Shown here one piece after another: positions 18,326-30,609 of a stretch of 64,000 nt of DNA. The notes under the pieces were generated by a model, which worked only from the letters and a program-made list of their open reading frames with translations, was not told the origin of the DNA and searched no databases. Position numbers and translations under genes: made by a program. The stretch lies in contig JAVKHQ010000001.1 of the NCBI GenBank assembly GCA_031459875.1, positions 192,001 to 256,000 on the forward strand, given 5' to 3'. The stretch's first letter is position 1; the number at the start of each line of letters is the position of its first letter. This DNA comes from Candidatus Fervidifonticultor sextus (lineage in GTDB: Bacteria; Sysuimicrobiota; Sysuimicrobiia; Sysuimicrobiales; Humicultoraceae).

Positions 18326-19365
18326 GGCCGGTAGCGGCGCACGGCGTCCTGGTGCTCGCGCAGCGTCCTGGTGAAGTGGTGGCGCCCGTCGGGCCTGAGC
18401 ACGTAGTAGAGGTAGGGGACCGCAGCCGGCAGGGCGGCCGCCTCGATGGCGGATGCGCCGGGGTTGGCGATCGGACCCGGCGGCAGGCCCGGATGCCGGT
18501 AGGTGTTGTAGGGGGAGTCGACCTGGAGATCCTGCAGGGTGACGGTCTCCCGGTGGGCGCCCAGGGCGTAGAGGACGGTGGCGTCGATTTCCAGCCGCAT
18601 CCCGCGCTGGAGCCGGTTGTAGATCACACCGGCGATCACCGGCCGCTCGTCGGGCATTTGGGCCTCCCGCTCGACCATCGAGGCGACCGTCAGGAGTTGA
18701 TGCAGGGTCAGGCCGCGCGCGGCGGCGGCCGCCCGCGTCTGGGGGCTCATGCCGGCTTCCAGGCGATCTAAGAACCGGCGGACCACCGCTTCGACGGGCA
18801 GCCCGCGGGTGAACAGGTAGGTGTCAGGGAACAGGTAGCCCTCCAGGCTGTCCGTCGGGAGGCCGGCGAGCACCGGGTGCGAAAGACTCCGACCGCCGGA
18901 GAGTGCCAGGGCCAGGAACTGGTCGCGGTCGGCGATCCCGGCGGCCGCGAGCACCTCGGCGATCTGCCTGACGGTGTAGCCCTCGGGGATCGTGATCCGG
19001 TGCTGGACCGTCTCGCCGCGGGCAATGGTCCTGATGATCTGGACGGTGCTCTGCGAGGGGGACAGGGCGTACTCGCCGTAGTGGAGCCGGTCGGCCACGC
19101 GCAGCGCCCGTGCCACCACCGCCGCCGCCTTGGCACTCCGCACGAGGCCGGCCCCGGCCAGTCGCTCGCCGATCTGCCGGGCCGACGCCCCCGGGGGGAT
19201 GATGAGGGTGCGCGGAGGAACCGCCTGCGGGCTCACCGGCCGCACCTGCCACCACGCGACCGCCAGCCCCAGCCCTCCAAAACCCACGGCGCCGGCCGCC
19301 GCGGCCGCCAGGATTCGCACCGCCCGCCGGTGCCGGAGCGTCGACCGCGCCTCGACCGCGTTCAC
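18322..19365 (-). CDS. mltG: Endolytic transglycosylase MltG
   Basis: TIPEG, LEGYLFPDTY, ASMVERE, SPYNTY...GLPPGPIANPG. Confidence 0.92.
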   Translation of the reverse strand: MNAVEARSTLRHRRAVRILAAAAAGAVGFGGLGLAVAWWQVRPVSPQAVPPRTLIIPPGASARQIGERLAGAGLVRSAKAAAVVARALRVADRLHYGEYALSPSQSTVQIIRTIARGETVQHRITIPEGYTVRQIAEVLAAAGIADRDQFLALALSGGRSLSHPVLAGLPTDSLEGYLFPDTYLFTRGLPVEAVVRRFLDRLEAGMSPQTRAAAAARGLTLHQLLTVASMVEREAQMPDERPVIAGVIYNRLQRGMRLEIDATVLYALGAHRETVTLQDLQVDSPYNTYRHPGLPPGPIANPGASAIEAAALPAAVPYLYYVLRPDGRHHFTRTLREHQDAVRRYRP

Positions 19366-19383
19366 CGCACGACCGGGCCCGGC

Positions 19384-19743
19384 CTATTCCTCGCCAGCCT
19401 CGTCGTCGTCCTCGACGTCGTCGCCGTCCCCGTCGACGCTCTCCCCCATCTCGCCGAGGACGTCCAGACCGCCGGTCGCCTCGTCGTCCCCCTCGAGGAT
19501 GACCTCGCTGTAGCCCGCCTCTTCCAGCGCGGCCATGACGCGGTTCAACTCGTCATCATCGTCGATCGGCACGAGCCGGTCCTCGCCCTCCATCCGGAAG
19601 ATGACCGCCGCCGCGTCCTCCTCGTCTTCCGGCAGGAGAACGGCGTAGCGGCGGCCGTCCACCTCGAGGGTGTCAACGAGATTGAAGCGGTGCTCGCGGC
19701 CGTCCTCGTCCTGGAGCGTGACGATATCCAGCTCTTCGACCAC
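19384..19743 (-). CDS. DUF1292 family acidic protein
   Basis: IVTLQDEDGREHRF...LEVDGRRYAVL; conserved position after ruvX. Confidence 0.8.
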   Translation of the reverse strand: MVEELDIVTLQDEDGREHRFNLVDTLEVDGRRYAVLLPEDEEDAAAVIFRMEGEDRLVPIDDDDELNRVMAALEEAGYSEVILEGDDEATGGLDVLGEMGESVDGDGDDVEDDDEAGEE

Positions 19744-19793
19744 GGAGCACCTCCACCCGGCCGACGGGCCCACCCCGACGCGGGACCGGCGTA

Positions 19794-20251
19794 CTACGGC
19801 GCGAGCATAACACCTTCCCCCTGCCCCTGCAACGGCGCGGCGGCCTCCCTGCGGTCGAGGTACGGCTGCAGGATCAGGGCCGCGGCGACGGCATCGCGGC
19901 GCGTGCGGCGCTGCCGGGACCCCACCCCGCCGGCGCGCAGGGTTCGCTCGGCCGCCGCCGTCGAGAACCGCTCGTCCACCTCCGTCACCGGGAGGCGGAG
20001 GGCCTCGCGCAGCCGCGCCGCCAGACGGGCCGCGCGCCCGGCCTGCACGCCGGCTCCCCCGCGCGCGGTCACCGGCCGGCCCACGACGATCTCTCCTGCA
20101 CCGTACCTGGCGATCACCGCCCGCAGGTGCGCCACGTCCTTCCGCCAGCCCACGCGCTCGTACACCTCGAGGGGGAGCGCGATGCGGCCGGTGGGATCGC
20201 TGACGGCCAGCCCCCAGCGCCGCTCGCCGGGATCGATCGCCAGCACGCGCT

Positions 20252-20255
<4 letters not shown>
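19794..20255 (-). CDS. ruvX: Holliday junction resolvase-like / pre-16S nuclease RuvX (YqgF)
   Basis: LAIDPGERRWGLAVSD, VDERFST, DAVAAALILQ. Confidence 0.9.
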
Positions 20256-22933
<2,678 letters not shown>

Positions 22934-22973
22934 GCGGGTCTCCCCTCCCGGGCGGAATCGAGATCGGCCATCC

Positions 22974-23885
22974 TCACGACACCGCTCCCCGCAGGCGGGG
23001 GTCGGTGAGATCGCGCAGGCCGTCACCCAGCAGGTTCAATCCCAGCACCGCCACGAGGATGGCCACGCCCGGGAAGATCGTGATCCAGGGGGCCGTCTGT
23101 ATGAACATCCGCCCGGTGGTAATGATTGTGCCCCAGCTGGGCACGTAGGGCGGGAGCCCCACGCCGAGGAAACTCAGCGCGGCCTCGGCCAGCACGGATT
23201 CGGCGAAGATGAACGTGCTCTGCACGATCACCGGCGCCAGGCAGTTGGGGAGCACGTGGCGTGCCAGAATCCGGCTGTCGCGGGCGCCCAGCGCCTGCGC
23301 GGCCTGGACGTAGTCCAGCTCGCGGGCGACCAGCGTCACGCTGCGCACCACGCGCGCGACGCGGGGAGTGAACACGATGGCCAGAGCGAAAATCACGTTG
23401 GACAGCCGGGCGCCCAGCGCGGCCATGAGCGCGATGGCCAGCAGCGTCGTCGGGAACGCCATCAGGCCGTCCATGATCCGCATCAGGATCCGATCCAGCC
23501 GGTCGTGGTAGCCGGCAACCAGGCCCAGCGCGACCCCGGCGCCGGCGGCACTGAGCACCACCAACCCCCCCACCAGCAACGAGACCCGTGCCCCGTAGAT
23601 GACGCGGCTGAGGATGTCCCGACCCATGTTGTCGGTCCCAAACAGGTGGGCGGGGCCGGGGCCGGTCAGACGCCGCGGGACGTGGATCTCCAGCGGGTCG
23701 TAGGGGGATAGCACCGGCGCAGCGAGTGCCACCACCACCATGGCCAGCACGATGGCGCCGCCAATCGTCGCCGACTTGCTCCGGCGCAACGTCCTGAAGG
23801 CGGTCAGCCACAGGTGGCCGGCCGGCCGAACCAGCCTAGCAGGCGCCGTCACGATCTCAGCGCGCTCCACCATCCAGGTCCTCAC
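22974..23885 (-). CDS. Peptide/nickel ABC permease (DppC-like)
   Basis: HLFGTDNMGRDILSR, EAA-like loop, LGDGLRDLTDPR. Confidence 0.9.
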   Translation of the reverse strand: MRTWMVERAEIVTAPARLVRPAGHLWLTAFRTLRRSKSATIGGAIVLAMVVVALAAPVLSPYDPLEIHVPRRLTGPGPAHLFGTDNMGRDILSRVIYGARVSLLVGGLVVLSAAGAGVALGLVAGYHDRLDRILMRIMDGLMAFPTTLLAIALMAALGARLSNVIFALAIVFTPRVARVVRSVTLVARELDYVQAAQALGARDSRILARHVLPNCLAPVIVQSTFIFAESVLAEAALSFLGVGLPPYVPSWGTIITTGRMFIQTAPWITIFPGVAILVAVLGLNLLGDGLRDLTDPRLRGAVS

Positions 23886-24826
23886 ACGTACTTGACCCTC
23901 GGGTCGAGGTAGACGTAGACGACATCAATGAGCAGATTGATCACCACGTAGATGGCGGCGATGAACATCAGGATCCCCTGGATAACCGGGTAGTCGCGGC
24001 GCAGGACCGATGAGATGACCAGCCGGCCGACGCCGGGCAGCGCGAACACCGTTTCGGTGACGATGGCGCCGGCCAGCAGGCCCCCCAGGGCCAAGCCGAT
24101 GACGGTCACCGTGGGAATCATGGCATTGCGTAGCGCATGGCGGTAGACGACCCGGCGCTCCAGGTTGCCCTTCGCCCGGGCCGTGCGAATGTAGTCCTGA
24201 CCCAGGACTTCCAGCATGCTGGAGCGGGTCATGCGGGCGATCAATGCCGACCCGCTGATCCCCAGCACCACCGCCGGCAGCACCAACGAGCGCACCGCCC
24301 CGGCCAGCGACTGCTCCACCGGCACGTACCCGGCCACCGGCAGCACGCCCAGCCAGACCGAGAAGATGAGGATCAGGTTTAACCCCAACCAGAAGTTGGG
24401 AACCGAGACCCCAAACAGCGCGACCCCCATCGCCGCCTGGTCTATCCAGCTGTTCCGCCGGACCGCGGCGATCACTCCCGCGGGAATGCCGATGGCCACG
24501 GCCAAGGCCAGCGAGAAGAGGGTGAGGAGCACGGTGGGCTCCAGCCGCTCGATGATGGCCTGGAGGACCGGCCGCTGGAGGAAGATGGAATACCCCAGGT
24601 CCCCCCGTAACGTCCGTCCGTACCAGCGGAGGAGCTGGACCAGCAGGGGCCGGTCCAGCCCCATGAGACGACGGAGGTTCTCCAATTCCTCCTGCGTCGC
24701 GTCCGGACCCAGCATCACTGCCGCCGGATCCCCCGGCGTGAGGTAGATAAGAAAGAACCCGACGGTGGCCACGATCACCAGGACCGGGACCAACGCCGCG
24801 ATACGTCGGATGATGTACCCCGTCAC
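23882..24826 (-). CDS. Peptide/nickel ABC permease (DppB-like)
   Basis: PGDPA, GDLGYS, QDYIRTARAKG, RDYPVIQG, LDPRV. Confidence 0.92.
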   Translation of the reverse strand: MTGYIIRRIAALVPVLVIVATVGFFLIYLTPGDPAAVMLGPDATQEELENLRRLMGLDRPLLVQLLRWYGRTLRGDLGYSIFLQRPVLQAIIERLEPTVLLTLFSLALAVAIGIPAGVIAAVRRNSWIDQAAMGVALFGVSVPNFWLGLNLILIFSVWLGVLPVAGYVPVEQSLAGAVRSLVLPAVVLGISGSALIARMTRSSMLEVLGQDYIRTARAKGNLERRVVYRHALRNAMIPTVTVIGLALGGLLAGAIVTETVFALPGVGRLVISSVLRRDYPVIQGILMFIAAIYVVINLLIDVVYVYLDPRVKYV

Positions 24827-24907
24827 GGGCGGTCGGCGGTCAGACGGCCCCCGGCGGCGGGCCCGGGAGGGATCGTCATCCCCTGGAAGCCGGGCCTGGA
24901 CCGTCGG

Positions 24908-26464
24908 TCAGCGTCCCTCGAGCCACGCGTTCCACCAGATATGGGTCGGGATGTTCTCGTAGCCTCTGAGCTCCCTCCGGTGGAGGTGCAGCAGGAAGTA
25001 GTCGCCGAACTTGATCGTCCCCGCATCCTCATACCACAGTTTCTGCATGCGCTTCCACAGGTCGTGGCGGACTTTCGGGTCGGCATGCCGCCGCAGCAGC
25101 GTCATCATGGCGTTCATGTCGCGGTTGTCGTACCAGCCCGGCCACGTCGGCTGCAGGGAGAGCAGGAAGACCGGATCGGGCACGAAACTGAAGGCGGTGC
25201 TGAAGACGTCCCACAGCTCGGGTCGGGCGCGCCGTGCCACCAGCGTGGCCCAGTCCACCACCTGCAGGTCCACGGTGAACCCCGCTGTCTCCAGCATGGG
25301 TTTGACGACCTGGGCCGCCGTGCCGTAGGCCACGTACTCCATGGTGGTCACCCACCGGACCGGTTCGCCCCGGTAGCCTGCCTCGCCGAGCAACTGCCTG
25401 GCCCGCGCGGGGTTCTTCTGGTTGAAGAACTCCTTGCCGGCGTCGGTCCACAGGTAGTGTTCCTTGGGCATCAGACCCGGGTCGAGGCGCCAGAAGCGGG
25501 GGTTGCCGTAGGCGGCCCGCATGACCGCCTCGTGATCCAGCGCTGCCTGGAAGGCCTGGCGGACCTTCCGGTTTCCCATCAACGGCGACCGGTGGTTGAA
25601 CACCGCGGTGAGCCAGTTGGCGGTCTTGGTAATGTAGGGCATCAGCTCCGGATCCGTCCGCAGCCGGTCGTATTCATCGGGGGGCACCGTCTCGGCGAAG
25701 TGGTACTCGCCGCGCTTGACACCCGCGATGCGGACCGCCGCATCGGGGACCGGCAGGATGTAGATCGAGTCGAAGTAGGCGTGCTTGCGCCCCGTGGCGC
25801 CGTCGGGCTCCTCCGTCCGCGCAGCGTAGCCGTCGAACCGGTCGAGGCGAATGTGCCGGTCGGGCAGGTGCTCGACAAACCGGTACGGCCCGGTGCTGAC
25901 AAACCGCCGCACCGGCCCGGCCCCGGCCTCGTCGATGACCTCCTTGGGGAAGATGACCGCCGACTGGCCGGGCAGGGCCAGATCCACCAGCAGGAGCCCA
26001 TAGGGCTCCCTGAGCTTCATCACCACCGTGTGGGGATCGGGGGTCGTCAGCGCTGCCACGTTGGGCCACAGGGCTCGCCCCCGCGTGGCGATGCGTCCCC
26101 ACCGCTCCAGCGACGCCTTGACGTCCTCGCTGGTCAGGTCCTTCCCGTTGTGGAACTTCACGCCCCTCCGCAGGTGGAACGTATAGGTGAGCCGGTCGCC
26201 GCTAGTCGTCCACCGCTCCACCAGCACGGGACGTGGCTCGAACTTCGTGGTCAGAGCGAAGAGGCCTTCGTTCACGTTATACATGATGTGGCCGGTGATG
26301 GCAGCCGTCGTCCAGTGCTGGTCCAGGGTCGGCGGCTCCCCGATGTGGGCGATGCGCAGCGCGCCGCCCCGACGGGGCTGCTGGGCCGCACCCGGAACCG
26401 TCAGGACGGCTGTCAGGACCAGCACGATGGCGAGTGCGCCAAACCGGATCGCGCGGATGCTCAC
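24908..26464 (-). CDS. Peptide/nickel ABC solute-binding protein (family 5)
   Basis: Signal peptide; LRRGVKFHNG, STGPY. Confidence 0.9.
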   Translation of the reverse strand: MSIRAIRFGALAIVLVLTAVLTVPGAAQQPRRGGALRIAHIGEPPTLDQHWTTAAITGHIMYNVNEGLFALTTKFEPRPVLVERWTTSGDRLTYTFHLRRGVKFHNGKDLTSEDVKASLERWGRIATRGRALWPNVAALTTPDPHTVVMKLREPYGLLLVDLALPGQSAVIFPKEVIDEAGAGPVRRFVSTGPYRFVEHLPDRHIRLDRFDGYAARTEEPDGATGRKHAYFDSIYILPVPDAAVRIAGVKRGEYHFAETVPPDEYDRLRTDPELMPYITKTANWLTAVFNHRSPLMGNRKVRQAFQAALDHEAVMRAAYGNPRFWRLDPGLMPKEHYLWTDAGKEFFNQKNPARARQLLGEAGYRGEPVRWVTTMEYVAYGTAAQVVKPMLETAGFTVDLQVVDWATLVARRARPELWDVFSTAFSFVPDPVFLLSLQPTWPGWYDNRDMNAMMTLLRRHADPKVRHDLWKRMQKLWYEDAGTIKFGDYFLLHLHRRELRGYENIPTHIWWNAWLEGR

Positions 26465-26599
26465 ATCACTCCCTCCTCAGGCGCAGGGCCTCAACCGCAG
26501 GGCTGGCCCCACGGACCGGTTGGCATTGCTGCGATCAGGATACCATGGCACATGGCCGGAGGGCGAGCGGGCGGTCGCGGCCGGCGGCCGGCCACCCGC

Positions 26600-27865
26600 C
26601 TACCCGGCGCGCACCTCGGCCACCAGGGCCGTGGCTTCCGCCAGCGCCTCCGCAAAGACGTCGATCGCCCGGTCCACCTGCGCGTCGGAGGCGATCAGCG
26701 GGGGCGCAAACCGGATGACCTCCCGCCGGTTGGTGGAGTAGAACGCGAGGACCTGCCGCTGGAGCATCCCCGAGAGGACGAGGAACGCCACGTCAGCATC
26801 CACGAACTCGACCCCGACCAGGCACCCGCGTCCCCGCACGTCGGTGACCAGACCGGCCGCGTTCTCCGCCGCGCGCCGCAGCCCGGCCATCAGCCGCTCG
26901 CCGATAGCCGCGGCGCGGGGCAGGAGGTTCTCCTCCAGGATGACCCGGATCGTCGCCGCGGCGGCGGCCCAGCCCAGGCGGTTGCCGAAGGTCGTGGTGT
27001 GGATGAGCGGGTCGCGGATCAGAGGCTCCCACAGCGTGGGCCGGGCCACCATGGCCCCCACCGGCGCCACCCCGCCGCCCAGCCCCTTGGCCGTCGTCAG
27101 GATGTCGGGGACGACGCCCTCGTGCTCGCAGGCCCACATCTTTCCGGTGCGGCCCATGCCGGTCTGCACCTCGTCGACCACGAGCAGCACGCCGCCCCGG
27201 TCGCAGACCTCGCGCACGGCGCGCAGGTACCCATCGGGCGGCACCACGACCCCGGTCTCGCCCTGGATGGGCTCCAGGATCACGGCCGCGGTGCGGGAGG
27301 TGAGCGCTGCGGCCAGGGCGTCCGCGTCGCCGAAGGGGACGTGGACGACCCCGGGCAGCAGGGGCTCGAAGGGCGTCCGGTAGAGGTCCCGGCCCGAGAT
27401 GGACAAGGCGCCCAGGGTCTTCCCGTGAAAGGCCCCGGAGGCGGCGACCAGGTCCGTCCGCCCCGTGGCCAGGCGGGCCAGCTTGATGGCTGCCTCGTTG
27501 GCTTCAGCACCGCTGTTGCACAGGAACACGTACTGGAGGTCGCCGGGGGTGATCTCGGCCAGCAACTCGGCCAGTTCGCCCATGGGCTCGTTGGCCATCA
27601 GGCGGACCGACAGCGGCATGCGGTCGAGTTCCCGGCGGGCCGCCTCCACCACCCGGGGATGGCGGTGCCCCAGGATGAACACCGAGGGACCGGCGGAGAA
27701 ATCCAGGAACTCGCGGCCGTAGGCGTCCCGAATGATGGCGCCCTCCGCCTCGACCTCGAGGGTCTCCAGGCCCGCGAACTTGAACAGCCGGACCCATGCG
27801 GGGTTCAGATGGTCCGCGTACTGCTGGAGCACCCGCAGGGTGCGCCTTTCGCCCTCGTCCGTCAT
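26600..27865 (-). CDS. Class III PLP aminotransferase (putrescine/ornithine-like)
   Basis: NSGAEANE, EPIQGE, DEVQTGMGRTG, TTAKGLGGG. Confidence 0.9.
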   Translation of the reverse strand: MTDEGERRTLRVLQQYADHLNPAWVRLFKFAGLETLEVEAEGAIIRDAYGREFLDFSAGPSVFILGHRHPRVVEAARRELDRMPLSVRLMANEPMGELAELLAEITPGDLQYVFLCNSGAEANEAAIKLARLATGRTDLVAASGAFHGKTLGALSISGRDLYRTPFEPLLPGVVHVPFGDADALAAALTSRTAAVILEPIQGETGVVVPPDGYLRAVREVCDRGGVLLVVDEVQTGMGRTGKMWACEHEGVVPDILTTAKGLGGGVAPVGAMVARPTLWEPLIRDPLIHTTTFGNRLGWAAAAATIRVILEENLLPRAAAIGERLMAGLRRAAENAAGLVTDVRGRGCLVGVEFVDADVAFLVLSGMLQRQVLAFYSTNRREVIRFAPPLIASDAQVDRAIDVFAEALAEATALVAEVRAG

Positions 27866-28344
27866 GCGCCCCCCTCAGCCACCGCCGTCGCGCTCTCCAG
27901 GACGAGGCGCGCCCGCCGAACGATCTCCCGGGTCTCCCGGTACTTGATCCGCTCAACCGCCTCTTCGGGCGTCACCCACTCGGCGGCGACGAAGCCTTCC
28001 TCCCGCTGTGGCCGCGGATCTTCGTCCCCCAGGAACTCGAGCAGGAAGTAGTGGACGGTCTTGTCATAGAACGCGTCTTCGGCCCGCCAGAAGAACGAGT
28101 AGCGCTCCTCGCCCAGGTCGGTCATCACGCGCACCCGGGACAGCCCGGTTTCTTCCCGGACCTCGCGCTGGGCCACCGCATCCGGGGTCTCCCCGGCCTC
28201 GATGGTCCCCTTCGGCAGCATCCACTTGCCGCTCTCATGCTGCAGGATGAGGATCTGGGGACCGCCGGGCGTCCGACGGAACACGACGCCACCGGCGCTG
28301 CGCGCGCGCTTGGTGGGCTTTCTGCGTCTCGATGGCGCGACCAC
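27862..28344 (-). CDS. NUDIX hydrolase
   Basis: LPKGTIEAGETPDAVAQREVREETG; start approximate. Confidence 0.85.
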   Translation of the reverse strand: MVAPSRRRKPTKRARSAGGVVFRRTPGGPQILILQHESGKWMLPKGTIEAGETPDAVAQREVREETGLSRVRVMTDLGEERYSFFWRAEDAFYDKTVHYFLLEFLGDEDPRPQREEGFVAAEWVTPEEAVERIKYRETREIVRRARLVLESATAVAEGGA

Positions 28345-28417
28345 GAACCTGACCCCCTCGAACACAAAAGCCCGGCGTCCCGGGCTCCCATCCATCCTGG
28401 AGGCCCCGGGCCAGGGC

Positions 28418-28864
28418 CTAACCCCGGAGGGCCTCCCGCACGATGCGCTCGACCGCCTTCCCCTCGGCACGGCCCGCGATGCGCCGCATCAGCGGCCCCA
28501 TGACGCGGCCCACCTCGCGCTCGCCGGCGGCACCGACTTCGGCGATGACCTCGGCCGCCAGCCGCCGGATTTCGTCGTCGGAGAGCGGCGGCGGCAGGTA
28601 GCCCAAAAGGATGGCCATCTCCAGCTTCTCCTTCTGGACCAGGTCGTCGCGGCCGCCGCGCTCGAACCCCTCGATGGCTTCCCGACGGCGCTTCACCTCG
28701 TGACGCAGGATCGCGACGACCTCATCGTCTGTGAGCGCGCGGCGGCGCTCGATCTCGGCATTCTTGATCGCCGCACGCGCCAGCCGGATCGTCGACGTGC
28801 GGAGGCTATCCCCGGCGCGCAGCGCCTCCTTGAGGTCTGCCTCCAGGCGTTCCGCCATGGTCAT
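28418..28864 (-). CDS. yqeY: GatB/YqeY domain protein
   Basis: DLKEALRAGD...KRRREAIEGFERGGRDDL...YLP...GRVMG. Confidence 0.9.
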   Translation of the reverse strand: MTMAERLEADLKEALRAGDSLRTSTIRLARAAIKNAEIERRRALTDDEVVAILRHEVKRRREAIEGFERGGRDDLVQKEKLEMAILLGYLPPPLSDDEIRRLAAEVIAEVGAAGEREVGRVMGPLMRRIAGRAEGKAVERIVREALRG

Positions 28865-28886
28865 GGCGACGTCGCCTCTCCTGGCG

Positions 28887-29063
28887 CTACCGCCGGCGAC
28901 GCTTCGCGCTGCGGGCCAGCTTGCGCCGGCGCCGCTGGCCGGGGGTTTCGTAGTGCTCGTGGCGCTTGACCTCGGTCAGGATGCCCGATCGCTTCACCTG
29001 GCGCTTGAAGCGCCTTAGCGCCGAATCCAGGCTCTCGTCCTTGCCAACACGGATCTCGGCCAT
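28887..29063 (-). CDS. rpsU: 30S ribosomal protein bS21
   Basis: Own translation MAEIRVGKDESLDSALRRFKRQVKRSGILTEVKRHEHYETPGQRRRRK (58 aa, below the ORF-track cutoff). Confidence 0.93.
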   Translation of the reverse strand: MAEIRVGKDESLDSALRRFKRQVKRSGILTEVKRHEHYETPGQRRRRKLARSAKRRRR

Positions 29064-29083
29064 CTCCCCATCACTCCTTTTCC

Positions 29084-29253
29084 ACGTCCGGTCGGGGGAC
29101 CGGACGACCGGGATGCGGCCGGCCTGTGGTACCCAGAACCCCCAAACAGACAGGAAGCAGGCTCCTCCGCCCTGCTGATGAGGAACCTGCCGCCCTGCAC
29201 CCTCGCGGCCGACGACCGAGCCGCCGCATCGAAACCGTGGCAGGCCGTACCTT
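29084..29253 (-). ncRNA. Candidate structured RNA (6S-like rod or rpsU leader)
   Basis: GATGCGGC/GCCGCATC closing stem, central bubble, GCAGGTTCCTC/GAGGAGCCTGC apical stem, then CGTCCGGTC/GACCGGACG hairpin. Confidence 0.4.
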
Positions 29254-29259
29254 TGGCAG

Positions 29260-29288
29260 ATTATACCGCACAGGCCCCATGGCGTCTA
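29260..29288 (-). promoter_or_regulatory. sigma70-type promoter upstream of the rpsU leader
   Basis: TAGACG-17 nt-TATAAT. Confidence 0.7.
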
Positions 29289-29417
29289 CCGGCCGAATCG
29301 AGCCCATCGAGCCCGCCGCCCCGTGGAGCGCCTTGCGCCCGGAACCTCCTGCGGTAGACTGGGAGCGCGGGCGCCGGTGGCAGGCCGACACGGAACGGAC
29401 AGGGAGGAGCCACACGC

Positions 29418-30587
29418 ATGCGTGAGGTCGCCATTCTGAGCGCAGTGCGCACGCCGATCGGCCGGTTCCTCGGCGGCCTGGCCGGGGTGCCGGCCCCGCG
29501 TCTGGGGGGCATCGTCGTCGCCGAGGCGGTCCGGCGCGCCGGGATTGCCCTCGACCAGGTCAGCGAGGTCATCATGGGCAATGTCCTGGGCGCCGGCCTG
29601 GGACAGGCCCCGGCCCGGCAGGCGGCCCTGGCCGCCGGCCTGCCCGACACCGTGCCCGCCACGACGGTCAACAAGATGTGTGGGTCTGGACTCAAGGCCG
29701 TGATGCTGGGCGCCCAGGCCATCCAGACGGGCGACGCGGAGGTCGTCGTGGCCGGCGGCATGGAGAACATGAGCGCGGCGCCCTTCCTCCTCGACCGGGC
29801 GCGCAGCGGCTACCGGCTGGGCGACGGGACGGTCGTAGACGTGATCCTCCGCGACGGCCTGGTGGATCCCTGGGGGCACGGGCACATGGGCAACTGCGCC
29901 GAGTTGCTGGCGCGGACCTTCAAGATCACGCGCCAGGAGCAGGACGCCTTTGCCCGGGAGAGCTATCGCCGGGCCCTGGCGGCGATGGCCAGCGGAGCGT
30001 CCTCCGAGGAGATCGTTCCGGTTAACCCGGGGAGCGGCCCGCCGGTGGTCGAAGATGAGGAACCGCGGCGCGCGGATTTCGAGAAGATGACGAAGTTACA
30101 GCCGGCGTTCGAGGAAGGCGGGACGGTGACCGCCGCGAACGCCAGCAGCATCAGCGACGGCGCGGCCGCGGTGGTCCTGGCCTCGTCGGAGGCCGCCGCC
30201 CGATTCGGCCGGACCCCGCTGGCCTGGATCGTCGGCCAGGCCACGGCGGCGACAGCGCCGGAGTGGTTCACCATCGCGCCGGCCTCCGCGACCTGGCGCC
30301 TGCTGGAGCGCGTGGGGTGGACGGCACGGGGCGTTGACCTCTTCGAGATCAACGAGGCCTTTGCGGCCGTCGTCATCGCCGTCACGCGGGAGCTGGCCGT
30401 CGACATGGACCGGGTCAACGTGCGCGGCGGGGCCGTGGCCCTGGGCCATCCGATCGGCGCCAGCGGCGCCCGCATCCTGGTGACCCTCCTGTACGCGATG
30501 GCGGCGCAGCAGGCCCGACGCGGGGTCGCCGCGGTCTGCCTGGCCGGCGGCGAGGCAGTGGCGGTCGCCGTCGAGCGCCGGGCGTAG
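29418..30587 (+). CDS. Acetyl-CoA acetyltransferase (thiolase)
   Basis: NKMCGSG, EINEAFA, GHPIGASG, CLAGG. Confidence 0.93.
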   Translation: MREVAILSAVRTPIGRFLGGLAGVPAPRLGGIVVAEAVRRAGIALDQVSEVIMGNVLGAGLGQAPARQAALAAGLPDTVPATTVNKMCGSGLKAVMLGAQAIQTGDAEVVVAGGMENMSAAPFLLDRARSGYRLGDGTVVDVILRDGLVDPWGHGHMGNCAELLARTFKITRQEQDAFARESYRRALAAMASGASSEEIVPVNPGSGPPVVEDEEPRRADFEKMTKLQPAFEEGGTVTAANASSISDGAAAVVLASSEAAARFGRTPLAWIVGQATAATAPEWFTIAPASATWRLLERVGWTARGVDLFEINEAFAAVVIAVTRELAVDMDRVNVRGGAVALGHPIGASGARILVTLLYAMAAQQARRGVAAVCLAGGEAVAVAVERRA

Positions 30588-30609
30588 CGGACCTGGGCGC
30601 AAAACGCCC

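Noticed and set aside
22974..26464. Peptide ABC cluster lacking ATPase genes
   Set aside because: ATPases are often shared in trans; nothing else unusual here
28418..28864. YqeY as a split-off domain of the nearby GlnRS
   Set aside because: rpsU-yqeY is an ordinary widespread gene pair, so proximity is not evidence
29140..29165. CAGGAAGCAG resembling the SRP RNA core
   Set aside because: The upstream CAGGTCCGGAAG part of the SRP motif is missing
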